A program made the position numbers and the translations under genes. Source: Cyanobacteria bacterium P01_D01_bin.156 (GTDB lineage: Bacteria > Cyanobacteriota > Cyanobacteriia > Phormidesmidales > Phormidesmidaceae). From it: 64,000 nt of DNA. Below the pieces are notes generated by a model. The model was not told where the DNA came from and did not search any database. It saw nothing but the letters and a program-made list of their open reading frames with translations. Location: positions 224,001 through 288,000 of the forward strand of contig JBCCQQ010000001.1 in the NCBI GenBank assembly GCA_039024555.1. The letters run 5' to 3'. This document shows positions 20,139-31,448 of this stretch, piece by piece (positions within the stretch are counted from its first letter, which is position 1; each line of letters starts with the position of its first letter).

Positions 20139-20684
20139 TCAGCTATCCCGGAATGGCATTCCTAGTTCCTTGAGAAGGGCTCTTCCTTCTTCATCTGTCT
20201 TAGCGGTAGTGACAATTGTGATGTCCATACCGCGCACCTGATCCACACTGTCATAATCGACTTCGGGAAATATCAGCTGCTCTCGAAGCCCCAAGGTATA
20301 GTTACCACGACCATCAAAACTTTTGGGACTCACGCCTCGAAAGTCACGAATGCGAGGCAAAACCAAATTAATTAAGCGATTTAGAAAAGCATACATACGC
20401 ACAGAACGAAGAGTCACCATAACTCCCACTGGCATACCCTGACGAATCTTAAAGCCTGCGATCGCCTTTTTAGCACGCGTAATTACAGGACGCTGGCCTG
20501 TAATTACGCCAACTTCTTTAACAGACGCTTCCAGGGCTTTAGCATTTTGTGACGCTTCTCCTAGACCACGGTTCACAGTCACTTTGAGAACCTTAGGCAC
20601 TTCATGTACGTTGCTATACTCAAACTGCTCCATCAACTTAGGAACAACTTTTGTATTGTAAAAATCTTTCAGCTGTTCAGCCAT
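20139..20684 (-). CDS. rplE: 50S ribosomal protein L5
   Basis: [19 protein letters not shown]. Confidence 0.98.
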   Translation of the reverse strand: MAEQLKDFYNTKVVPKLMEQFEYSNVHEVPKVLKVTVNRGLGEASQNAKALEASVKEVGVITGQRPVITRAKKAIAGFKIRQGMPVGVMVTLRSVRMYAFLNRLINLVLPRIRDFRGVSPKSFDGRGNYTLGLREQLIFPEVDYDSVDQVRGMDITIVTTAKTDEEGRALLKELGMPFRDS

Positions 20685-20728
20685 TTTATCTTTCCTTTCC
20701 CTGGGCTTGGTCAGGGATAAATCTTGGA

Positions 20729-21070
20729 CTAATCAATGATTTCGCCTGTCTTTTTCAAGATGCGAACTTTTCGACCATCTTCAGTAAAAGTATGACCCAC
20801 ACGGCTCGCCACCTTCTCTTTCTTCGAATACAGCATCACATTAGAGCTGTGAATAGGGAATTCAGAAGTGACGATTTGTCCTGATTCACCTTCTTGTCTA
20901 GGCTTAACATGCTTAGTACGTATGTTTACGCCTTCAACGACAATCTGACTTTTCTTTGGTAGAACAGAGGTAACTTCACCAACTTTCCCTTTATCTCTAC
21001 CAGTGATCACTTGAACAGTGTCACCCTTTTTGATGTGCATTTTATGGCGCACAGGTGATTGACTAGCCAC
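20729..21070 (-). CDS. rplX: 50S ribosomal protein L24
   Basis: [19 protein letters not shown] motif. Confidence 0.97.
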   Translation of the reverse strand: MASQSPVRHKMHIKKGDTVQVITGRDKGKVGEVTSVLPKKSQIVVEGVNIRTKHVKPRQEGESGQIVTSEFPIHSSNVMLYSKKEKVASRVGHTFTEDGRKVRILKKTGEIID

Positions 21071-21435
21071 TACAGTACCTCCGGTGCCAGTGAAACAATT
21101 TTGGTAAAGTTACGATCGCGGAGCTCACGAGCTACCGGTCCAAAGACTCGAGTCCCCTTAGGATTATTATCATTGTTGATAAGTACAGCCGCATTATCAT
21201 CAAAACGTATACTCATACCACTGCTGCGACGAAGGTTTTTTTTAGTTCTCACAACAACAGCACGAACAACATCGGATTTCTTCACAGCCATATTGGGCAG
21301 TGCATCCTTAACAACAGCTATGATGACATCCCCAACACTGGCATATCGGCGATTTCCCCCGAGAACACGTATGCACATCAGCTTACGTGCACCACTGTTA
21401 TCTGCCACATTCAAAAACGTTTCTTGTTGAATCAT
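21070..21435 (-). CDS. rplN: 50S ribosomal protein L14
   Basis: [29 protein letters not shown]. Confidence 0.98.
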   Translation of the reverse strand: MIQQETFLNVADNSGARKLMCIRVLGGNRRYASVGDVIIAVVKDALPNMAVKKSDVVRAVVVRTKKNLRRSSGMSIRFDDNAAVLINNDNNPKGTRVFGPVARELRDRNFTKIVSLAPEVL

Positions 21436-21447
21436 TACTTAGATCCC

Positions 21448-21699
21448 CTACACTTTTTCAGAACGGCCTAAAATATCGGCAACGACCCAACACTTCGTAC
21501 GACTGAGGGGACGAGTTTCACGAATACGAACAATATCACCGGCTTTACACTCATTACTGTCATCATGAGCCTTGTACTTTTTAGTTCGTACAACGATTTT
21601 TTGATACTTAGGATGTGGGACGCGGTTTTCAACAGCTACAACAACTGTTTTATCCATCTTGTCACTAACAACACGTCCTGTTAATTCCTTAGTTGCCAT
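21448..21699 (-). CDS. rpsQ: 30S ribosomal protein S17
   Basis: [23 protein letters not shown]. Confidence 0.98.
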   Translation of the reverse strand: MATKELTGRVVSDKMDKTVVVAVENRVPHPKYQKIVVRTKKYKAHDDSNECKAGDIVRIRETRPLSRTKCWVVADILGRSEKV

Positions 21700-21713
21700 A
21701 ACTTTCTAAACTC

Positions 21714-21968
21714 CTATTGCTCACCACTGACTTCTGATACATTTTCACCAGTAGCATCATCACTGGTCTTGAGCTGACGCTCACGCTCAATAGTCATCAG
21801 CTGAGCAAGCTTACGACGAGTATGCTTAAACTTATGAAAGCCGGTTTCCATTTGACGAGTTGCTTGCTGAAAGCGCAGATCAAATAATTCACGCTTAATA
21901 TTTCCAATCTCTGTAGAAAGTTCGTCATCACTGAGCTTTCTTAACTCTTTAGCCTTAGACAGTGCCAT
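21714..21968 (-). CDS. rpmC: 50S ribosomal protein L29
   Basis: ELRKLSDDEL...LFDLRFQQAT; position in operon. Confidence 0.96.
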   Translation of the reverse strand: MALSKAKELRKLSDDELSTEIGNIKRELFDLRFQQATRQMETGFHKFKHTRRKLAQLMTIERERQLKTSDDATGENVSEVSGEQ

Positions 21969-21971
21969 CCC

Positions 21972-22391
21972 TTAAGCCTCCAATCCCTCGCGAGCAATAA
22001 ACTTTGTTTTAAAAGGCAGCTTGAAGGAGGCCAGGCGCATTGCCTCACGGGCAACTTCCTCAGGCACACCTGTAATTTCAAAAATAATTCGACCAGGCTT
22101 AATAACGGCAACCCAAAATTCAGGATTACCTTTACCAGAACCCATCCTCGTTTCGGCTGGACGCATTGTTACCGGTTTATCTGGAAATACACGAATCCAG
22201 ATTTTTCCGCCACGCTTTACATAACGAGTCATTGCACGACGGGCAGCCTCAATTTGTCGAGATGTCATCCAGGAACACTCAGTAGCTTGAAGAGCGTAGT
22301 CTCCAAAATTGATTGTGCTACCTCGATGGGCCATACCACGCATACGGCCGCGGTGTTGCTTACGGAATTTTGTTCTTCTAGGGCTCAGCAT
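21972..22391 (-). CDS. rplP: 50S ribosomal protein L16
   Basis: [22 protein letters not shown]. Confidence 0.98.
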   Translation of the reverse strand: MLSPRRTKFRKQHRGRMRGMAHRGSTINFGDYALQATECSWMTSRQIEAARRAMTRYVKRGGKIWIRVFPDKPVTMRPAETRMGSGKGNPEFWVAVIKPGRIIFEITGVPEEVAREAMRLASFKLPFKTKFIAREGLEA

Positions 22392-22432
22392 GATGCTTAA
22401 ACAGGCTAAATAGCTAAAGAGAGATGATGAAA

Positions 22433-23164
22433 TTAGGAATCGTTTGAACGATCTTCAAACTGTTGACGACGACGGGGCTGACGACGACGGGGCTGAGTAT
22501 TAGCAGGTTGAGGCTTTTCTTCCTGACCAGGAATAATTTCACCTTTGAAAACCCAAACCTTAATTCCTAAAATTCCGTAAGTTGTCTGTGCAGTCTTATA
22601 AGCGTAGTCAATGTTGGCACGCAGAGTATGTAGTGGCACACGGCCTTCACGCGTCCATTCAGTACGAGCAATTTCAGCCCCATTCAAACGACCACTAACT
22701 TGAATCTTGATACCCTCTATTCCAGCTCTCTGTGCACGCTGAATTGTTTGACGAACAACTCGACGAAATGACACGCGCCGTTCCAGCTGTTGAGTGATAT
22801 ATTCTGCGATTAAAGCTGCTTCTGCGTCGACACGAGCTACTTCAATGACATTGATACGGATTTGTCGTGTATTGTCCTTCAGCTGCTTTTGCAAACCAGC
22901 CCTTAGGGATTCAATACCAGTACCACCACGACCAACGACAACGCCAGGTCGGGCTGTATGAACTTCTAAATCAATTTGATCAGCCTTACGGGCAATCTTG
23001 ATATCTGAAATACCGGCATTATTGAGTGTTTTCTCAATAAACTTACGAATCGTATGATCCTCTTGTAATTGAGATGGATACTGCCTGGCATCGGCATACC
23101 AACAAGATGCATGTTCTTTTGTAATACCGAGCCGGAATCCAATTGGATGAATCTTCTGTCCCAC
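22433..23164 (-). CDS. rpsC: 30S ribosomal protein S3
   Basis: [22 protein letters not shown]. Confidence 0.98.
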   Translation of the reverse strand: MGQKIHPIGFRLGITKEHASCWYADARQYPSQLQEDHTIRKFIEKTLNNAGISDIKIARKADQIDLEVHTARPGVVVGRGGTGIESLRAGLQKQLKDNTRQIRINVIEVARVDAEAALIAEYITQQLERRVSFRRVVRQTIQRAQRAGIEGIKIQVSGRLNGAEIARTEWTREGRVPLHTLRANIDYAYKTAQTTYGILGIKVWVFKGEIIPGQEEKPQPANTQPRRRQPRRRQQFEDRSNDS

Positions 23165-23206
23165 AGATCTTTACCTATAAAGAGCTAACAATGATGAGTA
23201 AACGTT

Positions 23207-23569
23207 CTAGCTAGAAGCACCAGGCGCAACAGCAATTGTGATGTGACAGGTTGGCTTACGAATCTGATAAGCACGACCTTGAGCGCGGGGACGATAGCGC
23301 TTTAACACTGGTCCCTGGTCGGCAAATGCCTCACTGATATACAGATCAACTGGATCCATACCATTGTTATGCTCAGCGTTAGCTACTGCAGAACGCAAAA
23401 CCTTGAGAATAGGTTCACAGGAACGATATGGCATAAACTCAAGAATAATCAACGCCTCTCGATAAGAAAGCCCACGAATTTGGTCAAGCACACGCCGCAC
23501 CTTATGAGGCGACATCCGAATGTAGCGGGCTACAGACTTTACTTGATTGGCACTATCAACTTCAACCAT
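23207..23569 (-). CDS. rplV: 50S ribosomal protein L22
   Basis: [18 protein letters not shown]. Confidence 0.98.
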   Translation of the reverse strand: MVEVDSANQVKSVARYIRMSPHKVRRVLDQIRGLSYREALIILEFMPYRSCEPILKVLRSAVANAEHNNGMDPVDLYISEAFADQGPVLKRYRPRAQGRAYQIRKPTCHITIAVAPGASS

Positions 23570-23580
23570 GGCTAACCTCC

Positions 23581-23859
23581 CTAGCGTCTCGCTTTTTTAT
23601 CACTCTTGACATGCCCGCGAAATGTACGTGTAGGGGCAAATTCTCCCAGTTTATGACCTACCATCTGCTCACTAACATAAACAGGTACATGTTGACGGCC
23701 ATTGTGAACAGCTATAGTGTGGCCAATCATTTGGGGAATTATCGTAGAAGCACGAGACCAAGTCTTGATGACCTGTTTATCTCCTTTTACGTTTAACTTT
23801 TCAATCTTTTTGAGCAAATGATCTGCAACAAAAGGACCTTTTTTTAGAGAGCGAGACAT
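23581..23859 (-). CDS. rpsS: 30S ribosomal protein S19
   Basis: [22 protein letters not shown]. Confidence 0.98.
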   Translation of the reverse strand: MSRSLKKGPFVADHLLKKIEKLNVKGDKQVIKTWSRASTIIPQMIGHTIAVHNGRQHVPVYVSEQMVGHKLGEFAPTRTFRGHVKSDKKARR

Positions 23860-23933
23860 AGTTGCGCCAGCCTAAAAACAATTGATTAAACAACAAAAAC
23901 AATGACTCTTCTGAACATCGTCAGGATTGAGTC

Positions 23934-24797
23934 CTAAGAATCGCGACCACCGCGGCCTCGCTTAGATGAACGACGACGACGACGAACGATTAGTGAAGTA
24001 CTCGACTTCTTCTTATCGCGAGTCTTATAGCCCAAAGCTGGCTTACCCCAAGGAGTGACCGGACCACTACGTCCAATTGGGGCACGACCTTCACCACCAC
24101 CATGGGGGTGATCGACTGGGTTCATCACACTACCGCGAACCTCAGGTCGTCTACCTAACCAACGTTTACGGCCTGCTTTTCCAAGGGTGATGTTACGGGA
24201 TTCAACATTGCCAACCTGACCAATAGTTGCATAGCATTCACGACGTATCATGCGGACTTCACTAGATGGCAGTTTGAGAGTTACATATCCACCCTCTTTT
24301 GCCATTACTTGAGCAGAAGCACCTGCAGCACGAACGATTTGACCACCACGCCCTGGGTACAACTCAACGTTGTGAACCGAGGTGCCCAGTGGCATCTTAT
24401 GAAGAGGCAATGCATTGCCTACTTCTAGTGGAGCATCAGGGCTCGAAACAACGGTAGAACCAACAGCTAAACCAGCAGGATGCAAAATATAACGCTTTTC
24501 ACCATCCTCATATTGGACAAGAGAAATACGAGCGTTTCTGTTCGGATCGTATTCGACCGAGAGGACCTCAGCCGTCATCTCACGCTTATCGCGCCTGAAA
24601 TCAATGATTCGATAAAGACGCTTGTGCCCACCCCCACGATGACGACACGTGATAACGCCACGGTTGTTTCTACCTTTAGCACGGTGAATAGAGCGCGTTA
24701 ATTTTTTTTCCGGCTTGCTCCGAGTAATTTCTGAAAAGTCAGAAACACTGCGCTCACGAGTTCCTGGAGTCAGAGGCCGATAAGTACGAATTCCCAT
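23934..24797 (-). CDS. rplB: 50S ribosomal protein L2
   Basis: [26 protein letters not shown]. Confidence 0.98.
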   Translation of the reverse strand: MGIRTYRPLTPGTRERSVSDFSEITRSKPEKKLTRSIHRAKGRNNRGVITCRHRGGGHKRLYRIIDFRRDKREMTAEVLSVEYDPNRNARISLVQYEDGEKRYILHPAGLAVGSTVVSSPDAPLEVGNALPLHKMPLGTSVHNVELYPGRGGQIVRAAGASAQVMAKEGGYVTLKLPSSEVRMIRRECYATIGQVGNVESRNITLGKAGRKRWLGRRPEVRGSVMNPVDHPHGGGEGRAPIGRSGPVTPWGKPALGYKTRDKKKSSTSLIVRRRRRSSKRGRGGRDS

Positions 24798-24834
24798 GAT
24801 TTTGTTCTACAAACTATAAGTACTAGAGTCGGCA

Positions 24835-25140
24835 TTAGACATCTGGGAAGAGTGGAATGCTATCACCCTCAGCAAGAGTAACCACTGCTCTTTTATATGT
24901 AGGCTTGTAGCCTATAAACTGACCAAGACGTTTTTTCTTACGAGGCGGATTCAAAGTACTAATGCCGACGACCTTAACTTCGAACAAAGCTTCTATAGCT
25001 ACCTTAATTTCAGTTTTGGTTGCTTTAGGAACTACTTCGAAAGTGTACTGATTATTTTCCAGATTCAGTGTTGCTTTTTCACTGATAATAGGCCTCCGAA
25101 TAATGTCGGGTAGATTTCTAGAATCGATCACTTTAGGCAC
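24835..25140 (-). CDS. rplW: 50S ribosomal protein L23
   Basis: [19 protein letters not shown]. Confidence 0.97.
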   Translation of the reverse strand: MPKVIDSRNLPDIIRRPIISEKATLNLENNQYTFEVVPKATKTEIKVAIEALFEVKVVGISTLNPPRKKKRLGQFIGYKPTYKRAVVTLAEGDSIPLFPDV

Positions 25141-25765
25141 CGTACACCTCCTGAATCTTTTCGAGAGCAGCGGATGTCACTACAAGCCGGTCAGCCAGAA
25201 CAATGTCATAAGCATTCAGATTTGTCGCCAGAATTAGCTTAATGCTTTCTACATTCCGCACAGAGCGGTAGACATTTTCATTTCTATCCGCTGTAATCAT
25301 GAGAACTTTCTGATCAGCAGCAATTCCCCAACGTCCCATTGCGGAGATAACCTCTCTGGTCTTAGGGACCGATAGCTGATCAGCAAAGTCTTGAACCACA
25401 ACCATGTCATCAACACGACTTTGGAAAGCAGTTCGCAAAGCCAAGCGACGCTCTTTGCGATTCATTTTGACTTCAAAGTCACGGGGCTTGGGACCAAAAA
25501 TTACACCACCGCCACGCCATAGAGGAGAACGATTCGAGCCAGCGCGGGCACGCCCAGTTCCTTTCTGCCGCCAAGGCTTACGGCCACCACCACGCACCTC
25601 AGAACGAGTCTTTGAGGAAAGCGTTCCCTGACGAGAGTTATGCATTTGGCGCAGAATAGCACGATGCACAATGTGAGCGGCGTTATCTTCTTTAGCAACG
25701 CTCATATCCAGAATGGCAATTCCCGAATCAGCGCCTTGCCAATCCTTTATCACACAGTCAACCAT
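25133..25765 (-). CDS. rplD: 50S ribosomal protein L4
   Basis: [21 protein letters not shown]. Confidence 0.98.
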   Translation of the reverse strand: MVDCVIKDWQGADSGIAILDMSVAKEDNAAHIVHRAILRQMHNSRQGTLSSKTRSEVRGGGRKPWRQKGTGRARAGSNRSPLWRGGGVIFGPKPRDFEVKMNRKERRLALRTAFQSRVDDMVVVQDFADQLSVPKTREVISAMGRWGIAADQKVLMITADRNENVYRSVRNVESIKLILATNLNAYDIVLADRLVVTSAALEKIQEVYGA

Positions 25766-25783
25766 AATTAATCCTTGGCCCCC

Positions 25784-26425
25784 TTAATTCTTCTTGCCAA
25801 CAATATTTGCAGGGGCAATGTTCAATAGCGCACCTGGCTTTCCAGGGACTGAGCCTTTCACTAGAAGAACATTACGCTCATTATCAACCTTGACGACAGC
25901 CAACTTACGTACCGTCACTTGTACATTTCCCAGTTGTCCTGCCATTTTCTTACCTGGATAAACTCGACCAGGCGTTGTGCCTGGACCAATAGAACCCGGC
26001 AATCGATGATTCTTAGAACCGTGAGTCATAGGCCCCCGCCTAAAGTTGTGACGTTTCTGGTTTCCGGAAAATCCTTTACCGATGCTTTTACCAGAAACAT
26101 CTACCAACTGACCGGCTTCGAAAATATCAGCGGCCAGAGTCTGTCCCAGTTCAAAAACTGAGCTATCGTCCACACGATACTCGCGCAAATGGCGTAAGTT
26201 GGGTGCACTTGACTTCTTGAGATGACCTAACTCGGGCTTGCTCAATGCCTTTTCTGCGACTTCCTGATAGCCAATCTGCACGGCGCAGTAGCCATCGGTT
26301 TGCTGCGTTTTTACTTGGGTGACAACACAAGGCCCTGCTTGAATGACGGTTACTGGCACAGCATTACCGTCATTATCAAACACCTGAGTCATTCCCAGCT
26401 TTGTTCCGAGAATACCGACAGACAC
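25784..26425 (-). CDS. rplC: 50S ribosomal protein L3
   Basis: GTG start after [28 protein letters not shown]. Confidence 0.98.
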   Translation of the reverse strand: MSVGILGTKLGMTQVFDNDGNAVPVTVIQAGPCVVTQVKTQQTDGYCAVQIGYQEVAEKALSKPELGHLKKSSAPNLRHLREYRVDDSSVFELGQTLAADIFEAGQLVDVSGKSIGKGFSGNQKRHNFRRGPMTHGSKNHRLPGSIGPGTTPGRVYPGKKMAGQLGNVQVTVRKLAVVKVDNERNVLLVKGSVPGKPGALLNIAPANIVGKKN

Positions 26426-26921
26426 AATCAATCTCCGACTAACATCTTCGCCGTCTACATACACAGACAGCGACTTAGGCTCCTTGTTTTTTCACAGCGG
26501 GAGCAATACTCAGACACATACGCAGATCAGCGATCAAAGTAGGTGTCTGAAAATTCAACCGTATTTGATTGAATGCTTTCTAGTGGCCAGGGAAATCACC
26601 ATTCTCTCAGCTTTCTGAAGTCAGGTGCGTAATAAGTAATCCTTTGAGCCATCAGTACGCCTTAGACTTAAGAAGCTATGAACATCTCAGTTTCTATTTT
26701 GACGGCGGTCTCTAATACTACATAAGTTTAATGCAGTTGTCCATCATTTCTAGAGATTGCTTATAAAGTATGGGGTGACTAGCAAACTCAAGAACGGCAT
26801 TGTAATTGACGTAGAAAGAAAGTCCTTGAGGACGTTTAATTATCGGGTTTTTATAAAATGTGGCAGACAAGAGCATTAATATAGGAATACATAGTTATTA
26901 CGGCACTATTGGCAGAGGCTT

Positions 26922-27395
26922 ATGGGATTACTGGTACTCGGCAATCGATTTGTCCGCGATTTAGAAAGCAATGGTGCATTAGCCGTGCGAGTGCCTTTAG
27001 AAGGCGGGTTCGAGGGCCGTTATCAAAGACGTATGCGAGCTGCAGGCTATGAAAGCCTACATTTGACGGCTCGTGGGTTAGGCGATTTATCTGCTTACCT
27101 GCAAAGTACCCATGGCATTCGTCCACCGCATCTTGGGAAAAAGGGCACTGGTCAAGCAGCTGTTGGGGACCGCTATTTTGTTCCACCAGTACTTGACTAT
27201 CGTCTTGAGCGTATGGCGGCCGGAATGAAGGGCATAGTCCTGTGGTTGATTGAAGGGCATATTTTATCAAGTCAGGAATTGGCTGTTTTGGTAGCTCTAT
27301 GTAAGGCTGAGCAACGGATTAAAGTCGTAGTTGAGCTCGGTGGGGATAGAGCCTTTAAGTGGTTTCCCCTTGAGGAAGCTGTACAGTCTGCCTAG
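26922..27395 (+). CDS. ndhN: NDH-1 subunit N
   Basis: PLEGGFEGRYQRR, TARGLGD, HGIRPPHLGK. Confidence 0.96.
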   Translation: MGLLVLGNRFVRDLESNGALAVRVPLEGGFEGRYQRRMRAAGYESLHLTARGLGDLSAYLQSTHGIRPPHLGKKGTGQAAVGDRYFVPPVLDYRLERMAAGMKGIVLWLIEGHILSSQELAVLVALCKAEQRIKVVVELGGDRAFKWFPLEEAVQSA

Positions 27396-27469
27396 ATGAA
27401 AGCTTTTTAAGAACATTTGTTCTACACTAAATCTGTAGACGTAAACATTAGCAGCATCAGTATTGGTGG

Positions 27470-28600
27470 GTGAGTTTTCCACAGAGCTCTTTAGACGCAC
27501 TTCGTTTAGGTCAATGGTTCAAGCTGATTTGCGGCGCTAGCTATCAAGATGTAGCCAAAGTAAGAAACTTAGCTTTGGTATATAGCCTAGCTGGCGCTGA
27601 TTGTATTGATTTGTCTGCTGACCTGGCGATTGTACGGGCTGCTCATCAGGGTATTACAGCGGCACGCGCCATGATTTCTGGAGTATTGCCGCTGGTGATG
27701 GTGAGCTTTAACGATGGGCAAGATCCCCATTTTCGTAAAGCCTGGTTTGACATGGGGGATTGTCCTGTCAGTTGTTCAAGGCCTTGTGAGATAGTCTGTC
27801 CAGCTGAAGCTATTCCACCAGTAGAATGTGTGGATACTCAGCCAAGTGGGCTGGGGGTAGTTGCAGAACATTGTTACGGCTGTGGCCGTTGTTTGCCCAT
27901 TTGTCCCCACGATGCAATCAAGGAGAAATCATTTCAGATATCTGTGGGTAAGGTGCTACCTATGCTGCTCCCTGAAGTGGATGCTATTGAAATTCACACC
28001 CAAATTGGTCGGCAAGAGGAGTTTTACTCTCTGTGGCGTCAGCTTACTGCTTATATTCCTGGGTTAAAGCTAGTAGCAGTGAGCTGTCCAGAGGCTCAAA
28101 AAACTGACAGTGTTGCGAGTTATTTTGCAGATCTGTATGAGCTTATGGAGCCGAAGCCACAACAGCTGATATGGCAAACGGATGGACGTTCTATGAGTGG
28201 CGACATTGGTCGAGGAACAACCCACACCACTATTCATTTAGCACAAAAGGTCTTAAACGCTGGTTTACCTGGCTATGTTCAACTAGCGGGCGGCACAAAT
28301 GACTATACAGTGACTAAGTTGCGATCGCTCAATTTGCTCAAACACAGGCATTCGCCACACCATACATACAATTCGCCACATATCCACGGGGTGGCATATG
28401 GCAGCTATGCGCGAAAGCTGGTAGACGTAGGGAATGAGCCCTTAGAAAATCAGCCTGAAAAGCTTTGGCAGAAAGTCAGCATCGCCTCCGCTTTAGTCAG
28501 TCAAATTAAGCCTGGTGTTCAGCAGTCAACTGGAATTGCAACATTTTTACATGAATATGGTTGTGATGCAGGAGGTACCCCAATGGAACTGCCTCCGTAA
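27470..28600 (+). CDS. ldpA: circadian input protein LdpA (two 4Fe-4S clusters)
   Basis: WFKLICGASYQD, DPHFRKA, CPVSCSRPCEIVCP, CYGCGRCLPICP, QLAGGTN. Confidence 0.93.
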   Translation: MSFPQSSLDALRLGQWFKLICGASYQDVAKVRNLALVYSLAGADCIDLSADLAIVRAAHQGITAARAMISGVLPLVMVSFNDGQDPHFRKAWFDMGDCPVSCSRPCEIVCPAEAIPPVECVDTQPSGLGVVAEHCYGCGRCLPICPHDAIKEKSFQISVGKVLPMLLPEVDAIEIHTQIGRQEEFYSLWRQLTAYIPGLKLVAVSCPEAQKTDSVASYFADLYELMEPKPQQLIWQTDGRSMSGDIGRGTTHTTIHLAQKVLNAGLPGYVQLAGGTNDYTVTKLRSLNLLKHRHSPHHTYNSPHIHGVAYGSYARKLVDVGNEPLENQPEKLWQKVSIASALVSQIKPGVQQSTGIATFLHEYGCDAGGTPMELPP

Positions 28601-28691
28601 CATTGGGGTAACAGCTTTGGGGAACTTAAAGCTGCTTAAAACAACACCGATTTATGCCTGTCAATAAATTCTGTGCCTTATTTTCAACTCT

Positions 28692-30476
28692 ATGGTTCGT
28701 TCAGATAACTATCAAGATGGAGCTGTAGGCGCTTCTGTTACAGCAATTCAAAAAGATACCCCTGTGCACGATGATCTAGACCAGCTGCTCAGCATCTTAC
28801 CCATGGCGTTAAGTCAGCCCCTGAGTAATCATCCTCAACGTCATCAGCTGATAGAGGTGATTCTCGATTTAGGAAGACGTCCTGAGGCACGCTTTCCAGA
28901 TAAGGCCGATTTTCTATCTGAACAGACAATCACCCAAGAGGACTTAGAGTATTGCATCAAGCATGTGGGGAACTTCGGAGGCGATAATCGCGCTGGAATT
29001 GAAAGGACGCTACATCGCATTAGTGCTATGCGCAATCGCGCTGGCGACATTATCGGTTTAACTTGCCGTGTGGGTCGAGCTGTTTTTGGTACGGTCGAAA
29101 TGATTCGTGATCTGGTGGAAGCCGGGCAATCGATTCTGCTGTTGGGGCGTCCTGGTGTGGGTAAAACAACTGCCCTACGAGAAATTGCCAGAGTTTTAGC
29201 AGACGACCTACACAAGCGTGTGGTGATTATTGATACGTCGAATGAAATTGCAGGTGATGGCGATATTCCTCATCCTGCTATCGGTAGAGCGCGTCGCATG
29301 CAGGTAGCACTACCTGAACATCAACATCAGGTGATGATTGAAGCAGTTGAGAATCACACACCAGAAGTGATTATCATCGACGAGATTGGGACTGAACTGG
29401 AGGCATTGGCAGCTCGCACAATTGCTGAACGGGGGGTGCAACTGGTGGGCACAGCCCACGGTAATCAGCTGGAAAATCTGATTAAGAATCCGACACTAGC
29501 TGATTTAATTGGTGGAATTCAAACGGTAACTCTGGGAGACGACGAAGCCCGCCGTCGTGGCAGCCAGAAAAGCGTGTTAGAACGTAAAGCACCACCAACA
29601 TTCGACATGGCGATTGAGATGCTGGAAAGGCAGCGATGGGTGGTTCACGAGGATGTGACTACAACAATAGATCATCTTTTACGGGGAAGAGCACCTGAGA
29701 CTCAAATCCGTACAGTTGGTGAAAATGGCAAAGTTTTAATCACCCACGAGCTGCCGGACGTGGTCAGCCAGCATCGGACAAAACGTCGCACATCCAATCG
29801 AGGATGGCGGGAAGCTGGGCAGATGAAACCGGTAGCATCGTCAGCAAAACGAAGCACACAAATCCCATCTCTGCCTAGCACTAAGGAGTTTGACGATTTT
29901 CAGACCCTTTTAGACCAACAGATGGATACTACGGGCCTAGAATTGTCCATCCCTGTGGGACCCAATGGCGAAGACCTGGTATCTATTTATCCCTATGGCA
30001 TTAGCCGCGAGCAACTGCATCATGTCATCGATACGCTCAAGTTTCCGGTCTCTATAACTAAGGATCTTGGGGTTGCTCAAGCAGTATTGGCACTGCGATC
30101 TCATGTACGTAACCACTCCAAACTAAAAACCCTTGCCAAGTCTCGTCAGCTACCTATTTACACCGTTAAGTCCAACACCATTCCACAAATTACTAGAGCA
30201 CTCCAACGCTTACTTGACATCGATCCCCGCGATCAATCCGACGGTATTGACTTGTCTCTGTTTACTCGACAAGGTGAAGATGATGAACTAGAGGCTTTGG
30301 AAGAAGCCAGACTAGCCGTTGAACAGATCGTTATCCCTAAGGGACAGCCTGTAGAATTGCTGCCCCGTTCTGCCAAAATTCGCAAGATGCAGCACGAGTT
30401 AGCCGAACATTATCGACTCAAGTCCTTGAGTTTTGGGGACGAGCCAAATCGAAGACTACGGATCTTTCCAGCTTAG
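28692..30476 (+). CDS. ycf45: Ycf45-like AAA ATPase with C-terminal R3H domain
   Basis: DNRAGIERTLHRIS, GRPGVGKTT, IIDEIG, C-terminal RKMQH. Confidence 0.9.
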   Translation: MVRSDNYQDGAVGASVTAIQKDTPVHDDLDQLLSILPMALSQPLSNHPQRHQLIEVILDLGRRPEARFPDKADFLSEQTITQEDLEYCIKHVGNFGGDNRAGIERTLHRISAMRNRAGDIIGLTCRVGRAVFGTVEMIRDLVEAGQSILLLGRPGVGKTTALREIARVLADDLHKRVVIIDTSNEIAGDGDIPHPAIGRARRMQVALPEHQHQVMIEAVENHTPEVIIIDEIGTELEALAARTIAERGVQLVGTAHGNQLENLIKNPTLADLIGGIQTVTLGDDEARRRGSQKSVLERKAPPTFDMAIEMLERQRWVVHEDVTTTIDHLLRGRAPETQIRTVGENGKVLITHELPDVVSQHRTKRRTSNRGWREAGQMKPVASSAKRSTQIPSLPSTKEFDDFQTLLDQQMDTTGLELSIPVGPNGEDLVSIYPYGISREQLHHVIDTLKFPVSITKDLGVAQAVLALRSHVRNHSKLKTLAKSRQLPIYTVKSNTIPQITRALQRLLDIDPRDQSDGIDLSLFTRQGEDDELEALEEARLAVEQIVIPKGQPVELLPRSAKIRKMQHELAEHYRLKSLSFGDEPNRRLRIFPA

Positions 30477-30603
30477 ACAGCTTGAGGTAAGCCTCCCTAC
30501 ATCTGAAAAATTCTGCCTTGGTCCCCGATTCAGATAAAATGATGGTCAAAGGCCCATGGGCTCGTACACCGAAGTTGAATCATTTTCAATTGGGAATAAA
30601 CAT

Positions 30604-31011
30604 ATGAAACGTCTTTTGTCTCGCCTCCTGGCATTTTCTCTGGTAGCACTTTTGGGCCTGACTGGCTGCGGTGGGGATGGCATGGGTGCTGATGGCTTGA
30701 GCGGCAACTATCGCCAGGACACCATGGCAGTTGTAGAAACTTTAAGGACAGCCATTGAGCTACCTACTGATGCCCCAAATCTACCCGAAGTACGCGCCCA
30801 GGCAAGACAACAAATTAATGCCTTCTCAGCTCGTTACCGTCGTTCGGCTTCTGCCTCCAGTCTGAGCTCTTTTGCTACTATGCAGACAGCTCTAAATGCA
30901 CTAGCTGGCCACTACAGTTCATACCCTAATCGTCCCATACCAGGAAAATTAAAAGCTCGCCTTGAGCAAGAGTTTAAGCAGGTCGAAATGGCTCTACGGC
31001 GTGAAGCGTAG
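30604..31011 (+). CDS. psb27: photosystem II assembly lipoprotein Psb27
   Basis: Lipobox LTGC; SFATMQTALNALAGHYSSYPNRP. Confidence 0.96.
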   Translation: MKRLLSRLLAFSLVALLGLTGCGGDGMGADGLSGNYRQDTMAVVETLRTAIELPTDAPNLPEVRAQARQQINAFSARYRRSASASSLSSFATMQTALNALAGHYSSYPNRPIPGKLKARLEQEFKQVEMALRREA

Positions 31012-31040
31012 ATGACTGGTTAAACTTAAGTCCAACAGGT

Positions 31041-31092
31041 TTTCAAGTAAAGAAGCTGCACTGATTGATCGGTGCAGCTTCTTTACTTGAAA
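31041..31092. terminator. long hairpin (21-bp perfect arms) after psb27
   Basis: tttcaagtaaagaagctgcac-N10-gtgcagcttctttacttgaaa. Confidence 0.75.
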
Positions 31093-31160
31093 GGAGCGAG
31101 CGTATCAAGCCTAATAAGCAACGCTAACGTCAGGCAAGATCTATTCGACATAAAAATTCA

Positions 31161-31190
31161 TTGACTGCTAGCAAAGCAGTTTGCTAGGAT
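31161..31190 (+). promoter_or_regulatory. candidate sigma70 promoter for the rpmJ-rpsM-rpsK-rpoA unit
   Basis: TTGACT-N18-TAGGAT with a TGn extension; the inverted repeat CTAGCAAA-gcag-TTTGCTAG spans the spacer into the -10. Confidence 0.55.
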
Positions 31191-31226
31191 GACACTTCTG
31201 TAGGCAATTCTTATTAAATTTTCAAC

Positions 31227-31340
31227 ATGAAAGTACGGGCATCTGTTAAGAAGATGTGCGACAAGTGCCGGGTGATTCGTCGGCGCGGTCGAGTTATGGT
31301 GATCTGTCCTAACCCAAAGCATAAGCAACGTCAGGGTTAG
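31227..31340 (+). CDS. rpmJ: 50S ribosomal protein L36
   Basis: Manual translation [37 protein letters not shown]; too short for the ORF track. Confidence 0.98.
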   Translation: MKVRASVKKMCDKCRVIRRRGRVMVICPNPKHKQRQG

Positions 31341-31448
31341 ACGCTGTAACAGGTTTGACTGATTATTTCACATTGCATTCAGTGATTGGTGGCTGAGTCT
31401 ATAACGAAGCAGTGTAACTGCGAAACATTAAGCTAGGGAGAAAGCACG

